From Orbicella franksi (Eukaryota), in assembly GCA_964199315.1 (NCBI GenBank), contig OZ116698.1, forward strand, positions 27,094,001-27,158,000: a stretch of DNA of 64,000 bases. The letters run 5' to 3'. Under the pieces are notes generated by a model. The model had not been told where the DNA came from. It saw only the letters and a program-made list of their open reading frames with translations, and did no database searches. The position numbers and the translations under genes were made by a program. Positions 25,629-37,982 of this stretch are shown piece by piece; within the stretch, counting starts at the first letter, position 1; each line of letters begins with the position of its first letter.

Positions 25629-26048
25629 ATGATGCGGTGGGCTGTTGTAGCTCTAGCGATAGGGACTATCCTTGTTGTTTTGACGCCTTCAAACGCGTGG
25701 TGGAGTAGTCGGCGAAGACGAAGCTGTTCCCCCGTCAACTGCAGGGTGAGCGCCTGGAGCACTTGGAATACATGCACTCGATCGTGCGGCGGTGGGTTAA
25801 CTTCGCGCACGCGGACAAAAACGACCACGGAGTCTTGTGGAGGGGGTTGCTATTACCATTTGCTAGAAACGAAAATATGCAATACAGACTGCTGTCCTTT
25901 CAACTGTGTTTACACGTGGAGTGCGTGGAGTAAGTGTGCTACATGTGGAAACTCTACTCAGTACCGGTCGCCGAATATCATAATACAAAGTTCCTGCAAC
26001 GGAACGTGTCCTGTGAATGAAACACGGTCTTGCAACACTTCAGTGTAA
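25629..26048 (+). CDS. Cassette V6 (intact, 139 aa): signal peptide-WWSSRRRR-2xTSR
   Basis: ORF with ATG start; donor GTAAGT at 26045; close paralog of V1. Confidence 0.9.
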   Translation: MMRWAVVALAIGTILVVLTPSNAWWSSRRRRSCSPVNCRVSAWSTWNTCTRSCGGGLTSRTRTKTTTESCGGGCYYHLLETKICNTDCCPFNCVYTWSAWSKCATCGNSTQYRSPNIIIQSSCNGTCPVNETRSCNTSV

Positions 26049-29000
26049 GTACAACTGACGTTTGTTAACGTTTGTAATGCCGTCCATTTGTATGTGTTGA
26101 TACCTAGCTTGATAAGATCCAGTGAAGTTTAGTGTTTCGAAATATTTAGTTATCTCATCAGTTGTAAAACCAGTCGTAACTATTAAGAGCTAATGTAATT
26201 TGTTCACAGAAGACGTAGGTTGGAAAATTTCTGTGTTAAACGAACTTTCGGTTGCGCAAAACAAGTACTGACATGATTCCCTTTTTTTTTTCTTTTTCGC
26301 TAATGGAAGAGAGCATTTAATTATTAACCTGTCAAGTACGAAATAACACCTAGGCTGTTTTTAAAAATTGTCACAGCAAGTTTTTCTTTTCTGCTCAATC
26401 TTTGCGGGTTTTCAGGGGCAGCAAAATTCTCAAGTACGGAATTTGTGCGCAAACCCTTCAAACTGATACACAAATTAAATGTAATCCAACCGTCAACCGA
26501 TTAAGCTCCCTGGTTTGAAAACTTCATCACATGTTGACCTAGAATCATTGCAATGCTTCCAGTTTCCGGCGTGTAACGATAGCGTTTATTGCCTTTAGAA
26601 GTTCGTCTACGTGGGTTTGGAGCGTGAAGGTTTACTCCGCTCAAAAAAACGGAGCAACGTAGTATGGAAATATATCTTACATATTTTTAGACACCGTTGG
26701 TGCACGCCCTTTAGTGACTTCTTAAGGGCCTTTCTGAGTATAAAATTCATAGCATTGGTAATTAGATCAGGCATTGCTGTCAACCAACGCGCCGGTTCTG
26801 AAACGGGAGGTAAGTAAAAGCTACAACGTGTGAGTTTTTATGCACAGTTTTACAAAGAAACAACACTCAAGTAAGAAGATATTTCTAGCTACATCGCTAT
26901 TTTTTAAATTTTTTATTCTGGGCACACAAGTACATGTTTTGAAATGTTCTTCCTGTGTAAGGGAGCAATCATCAGTTACTGCGCAAATAACGCATCAATC
27001 GACACTTAACGTTAGTTTCCATTAAGACTGCAGGTCTAAACATGTCTGCCAATCTCTCTTGTTCAAAATCTACGTCAAATGACTTCTGACCTGATTAGTG
27101 ATCATTCCGTCATATGTTGATCTACAAAAGTAAACACTACGACATCGATGCCGATTTCGTCTTCGCATGCAGAACGCTTTTGCCGTCTTTATGGAGCTTC
27201 AAGGTTGCCTGAATGATGTCATCACCGTTATCGCTTCATTCTCTCCGCGATCCAAGGGGAATAGGACGAGAACCCAACTTTCTCCATGATCGGTCTCGAT
27301 TTGACTATAGATGGTGCTTGAACAATTGGCATGGAATATTTTCAAGTGTAATCTTCGATGATTGATTTTTCTCTACTTGACCTTCATCTAACAATTTTCT
27401 TCACTAGCGCATGAACACTGGGTTTGAACTGGGAGTTGGATTGAATAAACTCAACTGCATTATGAGTAAAGCCAGCTCGAAGCCTAGATAAATTCACCTG
27501 ACGAATGGCGATCTCAACAAAGCTAGTTTCTAATGTACATCTGCTATTTGCATTCTTAGCCTAAGAAGCTGTATAAATCAGCTGAGGTTTTCTTTCACTG
27601 AATCATTTCAGTTTATTCGGTACTTTCAGTCTATGATCTTAAGTTTGCTGAAAGTACCATATTTAGTGTACTTTTTGTACAGGTTTCCAGGAAAAAGATA
27701 ACTTCTAAAATACCAAAAATCCTACTTTTGTATTATTGCAGTCCACGTGAACATTAAACCTTATTAAACCTGCAATTTCTCATATCAGTAGCCACTACGC
27801 AGACATACCTGTGTTGAGCTAAAAGAAAGTTTGTGTAATACACTCTTTCCTCTACAAGAATATTGTTTTGCCGGCCCAGACTGAATATTCTTATTTTTCT
27901 GGCGATTTTAGGCTGAAAATATTCTAGTGTATAATCTTAGAGTAGATAAAGGAATACAAAGTTGACTTTGCCTATAAAACGTCAGATTATCGTTGATGGC
28001 GTTGAACTAATTTTGGAGCAAGACTGCAGGCAATAAAGCTTGATATGACGGATGTAACTTCTTGACTTTCTTGCAGAAATGTTATTAGTGTCGAACACAC
28101 AGCCAGTGCTGAGTTTGTTGTTTATTAACTAGTTTTGCCGTTTCGAAGAAAGGAAGAATTTTCCTGTACGGTCTAGCCGTATTTACAAATTTTCAACACA
28201 CAAAATTATATTCTTTTTAACATCCCAGCCTCGAGTTTATTTTAAAAACATTCTTAGAATTAACAATAAAAGAGTGTAGAGTGTTTCATATGTCATTGTG
28301 GCCATGTTGGTGTTCCCAAAGTCACAATAAAATCCTTGTAGCTCAAGTTAGACCTGTCGGTATTCCTGCAGATTCTTACTAGAGGAATAACCTTTCATTA
28401 TTACAACTCACACGGTAACGTTTTTCCAACGGACTTGGTGTGGCGCGTGTTCTCACCGCGTCTAACATATACTATGATATATTTTAGAATGTATATTTTT
28501 CATACCCAGGCTGGATAGTCATATTTCTGTCGACTTAAAAAGTATTATTGTGTACATTCTTGTATACATGTATGTCAGTTAAATAAAACAGATGTGACCA
28601 GGAAATGAACTTTGCGCATCTGCTTTGGCATAAAAATAAACGCGTGATTTAAATATATAATTCGATATTATTTTAATGTATTTTATTTTCCATGAACACA
28701 AAAAAATATGTTCTTAATAATATTTCGGCCTTGCGTACATTATTAAATTAAATTTCGGTAATTTCAGCTTCAATATTCTTACATAAAGAGATTCCTATAA
28801 AACAAAAAGAGTGTAACCACTAGCACATGTATCACGTGCGCGTTGTGCTGTGAGCTCTTCACCACACTGACTTGTGTCTGGAGAAGCTCTTTCTCTTGTT
28901 GCGGTGGCGTGAGGACACTCGATATCATAACATAACGTGTGAAACCATACATCCATCGGGGAGCTTTGACAAAGTCAAGTCCGGCGGTACCTGGTATGCA

Positions 29001-29063
29001 CGGCGCGGGTAATACGTGGACGTTTGTGTAAAGCACGTTTGAAAACGCGTTTACTTTTCACTT

Positions 29064-29482
29064 ATGACGCGGTGTGCTGCTCTAATTCTGGCACTGGGAG
29101 TCATCGCAGTCGTCTTGACACCTTCAAACGCTTGGCGGAGAAGGCGGAGAAGGCGCTGTCCGGTTAGGCACTGTACGGTTAGCAGTTGGACCTCATGGAG
29201 TTTGTGTACTCGATCGTGTGGCGGTGGATCAACCACACGTACGCGGAGAAAAACTGCCAGCGAGTCTTGTGGAGGAGGATGCCCCTACCATTTTAAGGAA
29301 ACGAAATTATGCAACACAAAATGCTGTCCTGTGAACTGTGTTTATACGTGGAGCTCGTGGAGCAAGTGTACGGATGTGGGACATCCACACAGTCGCGGTC
29401 ACCGAGTATCAAAAGACAAAGTTCTTGCAACGGACGAGCTTGCCCCGCAAAGCAAACGCGGTCTTGCAATACTGGGGTGTAA
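29064..29482 (+). pseudogene. Cassette V7: frameshifted paralog of V5
   Basis: 1-nt deletion at about 29372 (acgGgatgt in V5, acggatgt here). The original stop and donor remain at 29479-29484. Confidence 0.88.
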
Positions 29483-32381
29483 GTACAATAGATACTGTAT
29501 TTGCAAGTGTTTATATTAGCATCTTAGAATGACTCGATGAAGTGAAGTGTTTATAAAATATTCTTTTATCAGATTATTTAGCCTGTCCCAGGCTCAGATT
29601 ATTTTAAAAGCATCCCGGGGTGTACTGACAACTAGAAACCCTTAATTTGCTTCCCGGCTGCAAGACGTATGCGTGATATTTCTGTATTTTGCTAATGCTT
29701 GTGGTTATTTTAAGTCCTCATCTTGCACGTGGCAAAAAGTGACCGGATTAATACTTTCGGGGCGAATTAAAGACTGGCTTTTAAGTTTATGTTATTTTTG
29801 ACTCTTGGCGGGTGTCCTGGGACAACAGATTCGTACATATGGTGTCTTAAATGGTACATTAGGAGAAAAAAAGAAAAAAATCCTGTCTTGATCAGGGATT
29901 AACTACGGGGTCTTACTCTAATTACAATCCATCTCATATCGTATAAAAATTTGTTTCACTTCTTTTGTGTGAGAACTGTACTTATCTAATGACATCTGTT
30001 GATCTGCAACTAGATAGGAGTTTTCTGCAAACATCGCGAAATTCTTCCAACTTCCGATTTTGAATGCGGATTGCGTTTCTCAGTGTTTTTTGTTGCGTTG
30101 TTTTCATATAGAAACGACTGGAGGTTGTGCTAAAAGCAATAAACTTCCTGCACCTTGCGCTGCAGCAACGAAAAAAAAAAAAAAAAAAAAAAAAAACGCA
30201 GACACAGAAAAAAAAAACATTGCCGAGGGTGACAAAATTTAAGCGCCCCGGCTTAAAGACAAATCCTTGAGAAGATAAATACAATAGAAAACCTTTGTTT
30301 GGATAATTCTAATGCCGACCTTTAACTTCAAGCCGCTTCATTACGTTAGGAGGACGGAGATGGGGCGCAATGTTTCTTGTCGCCGTTTGGCGAATTATAG
30401 TGACGTTGCGTGACACCAAAATAGTTACTTCGATCCGAATTACCTCTATATAGGAGACAAAAAAACGCGCGACGATCGCGAAAGCAGGGCGAAACCATGT
30501 GGTGCCGACCGAAGGCTCGAGAAACTACATGAAATGAGATGCGAGAAACATTTGGACCAAGAATGAGCACCATTAGTCGATAATCCACTGAGTGTTTTAA
30601 CTGTCGACACAACTGTCGACACAGCTTAACGCTTTCTTGAGAAGGTATCACTGTTGCTAAATTAATATTGTCCAATGTGGACGGCTTGACCGTCGGAAAA
30701 GCATTTGGAACAAACTCTGAGTGTAACGAGATCGAGATGAAGTGTTCAGGGTGTACTTCCAGTTTTACTTGGTAACTATGGAAACCTATTCTGTTTACAT
30801 TGTAAACTTCAAAAGAGTCAAAATGAACAATAACTGTTCTGTGAACAATTACATAGTGGGCCTACTACCTTTATGCTCACTGGCAGAGAGCGTTGGCGCT
30901 TGCATCCAAAATGGATTGTCATATCTGCGGTGAAGTAAATTTTTTGCCAAAGAAAATAAAGGTTCTTTGGTGGACGGGGGGAAAGGGAATGGGGAAAGGG
31001 AATGCTCACGGTGAACGCTCCAAAACGCGACAGAAATATGCTTCGGAGAGCACCGATATACAGTAATATATATTTTCATATGATGTTACGCATGCGTGCC
31101 ACGCGATGTCATAAGCGATTACTGAAGAGTAATAGCTAAATTTAACCCTGCGCTCAATGCGCCAAAGAAAAAGACACAAAGCAATTTAGTTCGAAATGAT
31201 AAATTTTTGTGTTTAATGTATAACAAATTCGAAGCCTACTGCTTAAGTGTTCTTTGGTGTGAAAATGGGAAGGCCGAAGTGGCGTGGTGTTCAAGTAACA
31301 AGTTGAATGAACAATAGAGAGCTAGACAGCAGTCCTTCAGATATAATAGATGTATTTTGACAAGCAGACTTGTAATACGCCACACATACATTATGCGTCT
31401 GCAAAAATAAAGAAGAAAAATCACAACTTCAGCAAAAAGCAACGTCAACAAAGCAAGTCATCTCAAAGACGCACGGACGAAATTCAATTGAGACTTCTCA
31501 ATGTACAAAACAAAAGAAGTTTTTGTTTCTGTTAGCTACTTTGTAGCCAGGATGGCCACAAAATCAGAGAGGTGGAAAGAAACTCAAATCTGGACTTCTT
31601 CTGATGCTTCTGTATTCCATGTAGAAAATTTATGCTTCGGGAAATTGCCCTGTTGCACGTTTTAGAAGCATTTGCAAGAAATTTTAGACGGCCTTCGTTT
31701 TTGACGTATTTTAAAAAAATACTTTTTTTTCTGCCTTCTTACATAAACACAGCCAACCCTAATAATTTCCCATAAACTTCCATATACTCTGCAAATCAAA
31801 CACAAGTTTCGCTGAAAATTGTAAGATCTGAAATAACTGTGAAATGTGTTGCAGTAGTACGGTTAGTTGGGAAACATTGCGAAGAACGGCAAGAAGACGC
31901 CTGGAAACTGGAGGATAGGAACCACTTAAAACAAAATGTAGCGAGCTTCAGTGAATAGGACAAATTTAACAAAGGATGTGATAATGATTTCGAATTCGGA
32001 ACAAAATCTTTTCCACGTATTTGTTGTCTTCAGTCATCTCTCGTCAGATCGCTATTTGCTGTAAATTTTAAGTTTCAGGATGTTTTGTTCCTAACCTTTT
32101 TGCATGGTCTAATTTATAGTCTTATTCGTAATAGCAAAATTTCGGTTCCTCTTTGATGCGTAAGGTGCTATATGTTTTTAAAATATTTTAAGTTGTTTTT
32201 GGTATGAATTTTCGCACGCGACCAGATTACCATATTTAGTAACCACGAGTAGCAAGCTAACCAAAAAGGAAAGAATGCAGAAAGCTGCGAAAGTCAGTGA
32301 TGCTACCGTCATATAAGTCATTGAGATAAAATCTAATCTAAGCCGTAGTGTGCTATTTTGCGGTCACTCTCTCCAAGAACC

Positions 32382-32821
32382 ACGAGGAATCTTTTTTTAA
32401 TAGCTTTTCTTTTGTGTACCGTAACTGGTCTTTCCGTAGCGCGTAGAAATCAGGGAGGCGGTAGAAAAAGATCTTGCACTCCCCAAAATTGTGTCGTCCA
32501 TGAATGGATCACATTCAAAAAGTGTTCAAAGCCACGCGGTGGGGGATATTTAGTTCAACGGAGGAGAATAAACAAAAACCAAGTTGTGGTGGTAAGGCTT
32601 GTCCGTATTACTACACTCCTAAACGTCGTCGACGTGTTTCATGTAACACTCAATGCTGTCCTGTTCACTGCTTGCGGAAGTGGAATTCCTGGAGTCCGTG
32701 CCAGGGTTGCATTGTTTCCCAACAAACTAGAACGATGCCTATTACACGAAAACCCAAGTGCGGCGGAACAGCGTGTCCGAAGACATGGAAGGAAACGCGA
32801 AGCTGTAATACTGGAAAGTAA
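32382..32821 (+). pseudogene. Cassette V8: degenerate
   Basis: Start codon appears mutated to ACG at 32382. 1-nt frameshift near 32580, with the TSRs split between ORFs 32358 and 32504. Cys>Arg and Trp>Arg-type changes. Donor AA|GTAAGT retained at 32818. Confidence 0.85.
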
Positions 32822-34375
32822 GTTGTCAGGTTTTTCTTTACTTATTTGCTTTCCTAAGAAGTTCCTTTGAGCAGAATCGATCCTCTATACTCTTATCTTC
32901 TTACTCTTCGATCGTCGTCAATTTTTAAGTGCCTGTTTGATGACTTGCAAATTACACGGTAACAGTTCAAAAGGCTTTGCTTTTTTTATTCAGAAGCTTC
33001 TTTCGGCCACAGTTTGATTTCATCGATGAGAAATTGACGATTGAAAGCAAGCAACTAAAGAATACTATGTGTTTTGAAAGGAGCAACATTTTGTCGTCTT
33101 TAATTTATGAAGTAGAACTCGTCTATTCTTTCAAAGGTCTTCCCTAAACTCCAGAGTGAGTCTGTGGTCAGCGACATAATTTCCTCTTAATTCTCTCTCA
33201 ACACACGCTCTTTGTGTGAGCAGGGCGTAAAATCCCCTGTCGAGGGTCTGATCCAGGATCCTTGAGGTAAAGACAGCGGACACAAGCGAAACAATAAGGC
33301 GACCTGGAGATACTGAGGAGAAAAAGGTCACGTGCTGTCCCTTACGTCCCCTCCCTAACACTTTCTTCGTTTTCCCGTTCACTTTCTATTTTCCACCCTC
33401 TTACTTTCTTTCATTTGTTAGTCCATTCGAGAACTGGAACAAGCCTCTGCCTGACATCTTGTGGTAAAGTTAAGAGGAACTCCGAGAATTTAACCTTTTA
33501 GCACGAAAATGACCATTGACTGCGTTCCATCTGAGTGGTGAAACTTAACGAGAACTCTAGTATTCAGTTTCTCTTTCCCTTTGTTGTCCGTATTGACACA
33601 TGATTATCCCTCTTTCCCGCTCGCTTGCGTTTCTACCATTGAACAAACCTTTTATTCGTTTCTCGCTCAGCTAGACAGCCGGGCGCGCGCTTCTGCCCGC
33701 GTTTTGAGTAGAGTGAAAATAAACAACGATTGCATTTTGTGTAAATAGTGAAACTCACTACCAACTCCATTATTCATATCCATAAGACTCTTTCGCTGTT
33801 TAAAATGCCTCAAAGGTGTTTCATTTCCAGCAAAACTTTCGAAAAACTTAATAAAAATAGCTATTTGATTGCGAAACTAATCATACATCTTCGGGTAATG
33901 AATAAAATTAAGGCAATGTGCGAAAAAGCTTAAGTAAAAAAGATACGCGTTAAGTGGGCACGATATTGTTGTACCATTTATTCAGTTTCAAATTCCAAAT
34001 GTATTTGCTAAGATTAATGATTTAAAATACAATTGGACCATACACTTGAGCGATTTCTGACTATATTTAGTGATCATACTGGTTAAGGACACACCATTAA
34101 TCTACCTCCAGGTTACCGGGTGTCAAAACGAAACAGGAGAAGCAAATTGTGAAATGATGTTTTTAAACAGAGAAGTCTGGAACAAGTTAAAATCAATTTA
34201 ATTTCCTTCGCGATTTGATAGACTATTTTCCTCACCCGCATGGGGGCAAATTCGTACTTGTTGAGGCATGTAAAAAGGAAAACCATTTAACGAATATAAA
34301 AGCGACTGCTACTTTCTTCGGAGGTCACTAAGAATTTTTCCGCCTAGCGCTCTTCTTTGGTCATTTGTCGCAAGC

Positions 34376-34820
34376 ATGAAGAACTTAGTTTTGGTCCTTC
34401 TGCTGATCTTTACCGCTTTTGTAATCCCTGATTGTAATTCTTGGCGGCGAGGACGACGAAGACGACGCTGGTACAGCCAAGATTGTGTTATTTACTACTG
34501 GACCGATTTCGGAAGCTGCTCCAAGACTTGCGGTTGGGGATATAAGTGCTGGTTGAAGCATGTCCGATTTAACGCAAGTTATGGTGGTACACCGTGTCCA
34601 GCTGCCAGCAGTCCCCAACGAAATTGGACTTCTTCCTGTTATATTCGATGCTGTCCTGTTAACTGTTCAGTGTGATCTTGGAACTCGCAGAGTCCGTGCT
34701 AGGGTTGCGGCACATCGCAACAAACCCGAACGATGAGTATCACCCAATTCGGTGAATGAGGAGGATCATTGTGTCCGACTGGATGGCATGAAACACGAAG
34801 CTGTAAACTGGAGTGTTAGT
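34376..34820 (+). pseudogene. Cassette V9: multiple nonsense codons
   Basis: ATG at 34376. TGG>TGA at 34673-34675, with further TAG and TGA in the second TSR and a 1-nt deletion near the end. Ends in GT|GTTAGT at 34815. Confidence 0.88.
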
Positions 34821-36436
34821 TGCAAATTGTGTTTCTCTTACATCCGCTTCTAAGACGTTTCATTGAGCAGTTTCGACCCTTTGTTTTACTGCGTTCCCAT
34901 CATCGCGCGTCCGTTTTTCCTCCTTCACGTTTTATCTGCGCATTCTTCGCTTTCACTCGGCCATGCAGAACAGAAACAACTGAGTAGTCATAAAGGGTTA
35001 CTGGAGGGCGTTTATCACACAAACACACAAGCTATACGAGCAGCATTTAAATGGGGGTGCTAATAATTAACAAAATGACGCAAAGGAAAATGGCGAACAG
35101 TGAAGCCAAACTCTCTAAAATGCCCTGAGAGATGAATATAGTACAAGCTTTACTTACAAACTGAGTGTTAATTTTGTTATCTTCTACGAATAGCAATTTA
35201 AAGACTTCGTTCATCTGAGTCTCTCAATAGGAAAGGAAATTTTATTTGAAGGACCACACCAGAAAACAGCCGGTGTTTAGGGGTGCCAATTGATAATAAG
35301 TGAACTGACGTTTTGAGCGTTCTCCCATCGTCGTAGCAAATGAGGCAATTGCTAGTCACGTGTCTTTGAGGTCTTGCATGTCAAGACAATTCAGCAACTT
35401 GATAATATCAAATACCTTGGTGATTTTTTGTTGTTGCATTTTCGAAACTTGAATGTTTTCGCGAGTCTACTTGAATGTCTCGTTTTTCAAGAGAAATGGA
35501 TATTAGTTTTAATCACCCATCGGGAAAGAACTCAAAGGAAGAGCTACAATGATAAATAAGCAAAATTTACAACGAGCGATCCTTCAGAAAATACCAGAGA
35601 AGGTTATGAAAACGTTTTGATTGAGAGGTCGCAACTATTTAGAGGATTGCTGAAGTTGGTTTGCGAAGTTATGATTAATATTTATCACAAATAGTTATCG
35701 TAAATACGAAGGTGTTCGAGTAAACATTCAGTACGCTGATTCAGGATTGAAAAACAGTTGCAAAATAGCAATTTTAGAATGTAACCAACTGGAGGCGATT
35801 TATCAGAAACGTTGTCGATCGAGTCATATTTATTGCAAATCTCATGCAGCAGCGAAACGTTATAATTTATGTTAAGGAAGTAAAATCCGAATTTTTCTCG
35901 TCTGGTAAAATAGCGCATGAACAAAAATTTGTTACGACTTTTTTTTTTTTTTTTACAACGAGAAAATTTAAGCAGAAAAGAACAAAAAAATTGAGCCAGT
36001 GATTCTCACATTTCGTTCTTTTAAGCTCGTTCATAGACCCGCTTACACCTTGTTACAGCTTTGCTTATTTGCACATTTTTGCTCTTCGCGTGACACAGTG
36101 GAGGATTCCAAGAATTTAACCCCGGAAGGACAGATCAGCACTGGCTGAATTCCATCTGAAAGCGAAACAGTTAGTTAACGAGACTTTTTGTTTGTAGAGG
36201 AAACTCCGCGACTACAAGCAATACCAAGTAAAATCACTTTAAAACTAGTCAACCTATTCGTGAAAAAAACAGATTGGATATCACCAGTAAACGGAGGAAA
36301 TTAGCGCGATTACTTACGGAACGGGTCAGACGCGACGCGTGCGAGGATATCGCTGTATGTTTATTCAGGAACAAAATCCGCACGTATTCGTAGCTTAATG
36401 ATGAAAACGATGTCAGAAGTACATCGTGGCTGGTAC

Positions 36437-37262
36437 AACATCCTGTGGTACAACCCTCCTTTTAGCAAGAACACCAACACCAACATCGGACACAAATTCC
36501 TCGCCCTAATAGATAAGCACTTTCCGAAAGATCACAAGTTAAGAAAGATCTTTAACCGAAACACCATTAAGATCAGCTACAGCTGCATGAACAACACAAA
36601 ACAAATAATCGACAGCCATAACAAACGCATCCTAACTGCATCTAAGCCGACTGATAACACCGCCGCCGCCGCTACCATCAACAACAAAAAGTCATGTAAC
36701 TGCCGACAATAGAACGCATGCCCGCTCGACGGAAACTGCCTACAATCATCTGTAATCTACCAAGCCACCGTAACACGCAAAGACAACAACACGGCAGAAA
36801 CGTACATTGGACTCACAGAGAGCGACTTCAAAACTAGATACAGAAACCACACCGCATCATTCCGCCACGCTAAACACAGAAACTCGACCGAACTCAGCAA
36901 GCACATCTGGACCCTCAAAGACAATAACATCGAACACTTTATTTCCTGGCGCATTCTCTCATCACACTCGCCGTATAACAGCTCAAGCAAAAGATGTAAC
37001 CTTTGCCTTAAAGAAAAATTCCTTATCATCTGCCAACCCGAGCTATCAACACTTAACAAACGTAATGAACTCGTATCATCTTGCCGCCACAGAAACAAAG
37101 CCCTCCTACGAAACAACTAACCCGTTAAATTTCGCGCTGCATATATTATGTAAATTATATTGTATATAAACGGTGGTAAAGATTGTTCTTATTAAATCCC
37201 CTGATGAGTGGGCAACCACGAAATAGGCTTGTAGGGATGAACTTGTAGTTTATTTGTGTTTT
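36437..37262 (+). mobile_element. 5'-truncated Penelope-like retroelement (GIY-YIG endonuclease remnant and 3' end)
   Basis: [12 protein letters not shown]...CNCRQ*NACPLDGNCLQSSVIYQATV...YIGLTESDFKTRYRNH...RCNLCLKEK...LNKRNELVSSCRHRNK; in-frame TAG at 36710-36712. Confidence 0.92.
37196..37238 (+). ncRNA. Minimal type I hammerhead ribozyme motif
   Basis: AUCCC-CUGAUGA-GUGG(GCAA)CCAC-GAAA-UAGGCUUG-UA-GGGAU. Stem I AUCCC/GGGAU, stem II GUGG/CCAC, short stem III, cleavage triplet GUA. Confidence 0.8.
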
Positions 37263-37440
37263 TCCTCCCACATTATATATATATATATATATATCGATAA
37301 GAATGGATAACTACAAAAAGCTCTGATATAATGTACTTCCTTGAACAATGAGTCGCATATATAATGCTTTCCGAAAATAAAGCTTGCCTTTTATACCTTA
37401 GATTTGCTCAGGCAAGTTTAACGTAACCTTTTATACTTGG

Positions 37441-37447
37441 TATAAAA
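37441..37447 (+). promoter_or_regulatory. TATA box upstream of V10; equivalents at 34295 (V9) and 41170 (V12)
   Basis: TATAAAA lies 69-83 bp upstream of the respective ATGs. Confidence 0.6.
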
Positions 37448-37523
37448 GTTCCTGGTTCAGTCTTCAGAGGCAAATTAGACTTTTCTGTCGAGCGCTTTAC
37501 TTTGGTTTGACTTTGTTAAAAGC

Positions 37524-37982
37524 ATGAAGAACTTCTTTTTGGTCCTACTCTTGGCCTCTGCTGCTTTGTTTGCTCTGGTTGGGCTATCGGAGTCGTTCTG
37601 GAGGCGAAGACGCCGCCGAAGACGCCGAAGATCTTGCCAAAGGCAAGATTGTGTTCTGTATGACTGGGCCGATTTCGGAAGCTGTTCCACGACTTGTGGT
37701 TGGGGATATAAGACTCAGCGTAAGAATATCAAAACGAATCCCAGCTGCAGTGGAACACCATGTCCGTCTTACTACAGTTCTCGACGACTAAGGACTCGTT
37801 CATGTTACAGTGGGTGCTGTCGTGTTAACTGTTTGTGGACGTGGAACTCCTGCAGTTCGTGCCAGGGTTGCGGCACATCGCAACAAACCAGAACGATGCG
37901 TATTTCACGAAACCCAAGTTGTGGAGGAACGGCGTGTCCGAGTAGAAGAAGCGAAACGAGAAGCTGTTACACTGGAGTGTAA
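37524..37982 (+). CDS. Cassette V10 (intact, 152 aa): signal peptide-FW-R10-2xTSR
   Basis: ORF with ATG start; ten consecutive Arg; donor GTAAGT at 37979. Confidence 0.92.
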   Translation: MKNFFLVLLLASAALFALVGLSESFWRRRRRRRRRRSCQRQDCVLYDWADFGSCSTTCGWGYKTQRKNIKTNPSCSGTPCPSYYSSRRLRTRSCYSGCCRVNCLWTWNSCSSCQGCGTSQQTRTMRISRNPSCGGTACPSRRSETRSCYTGV

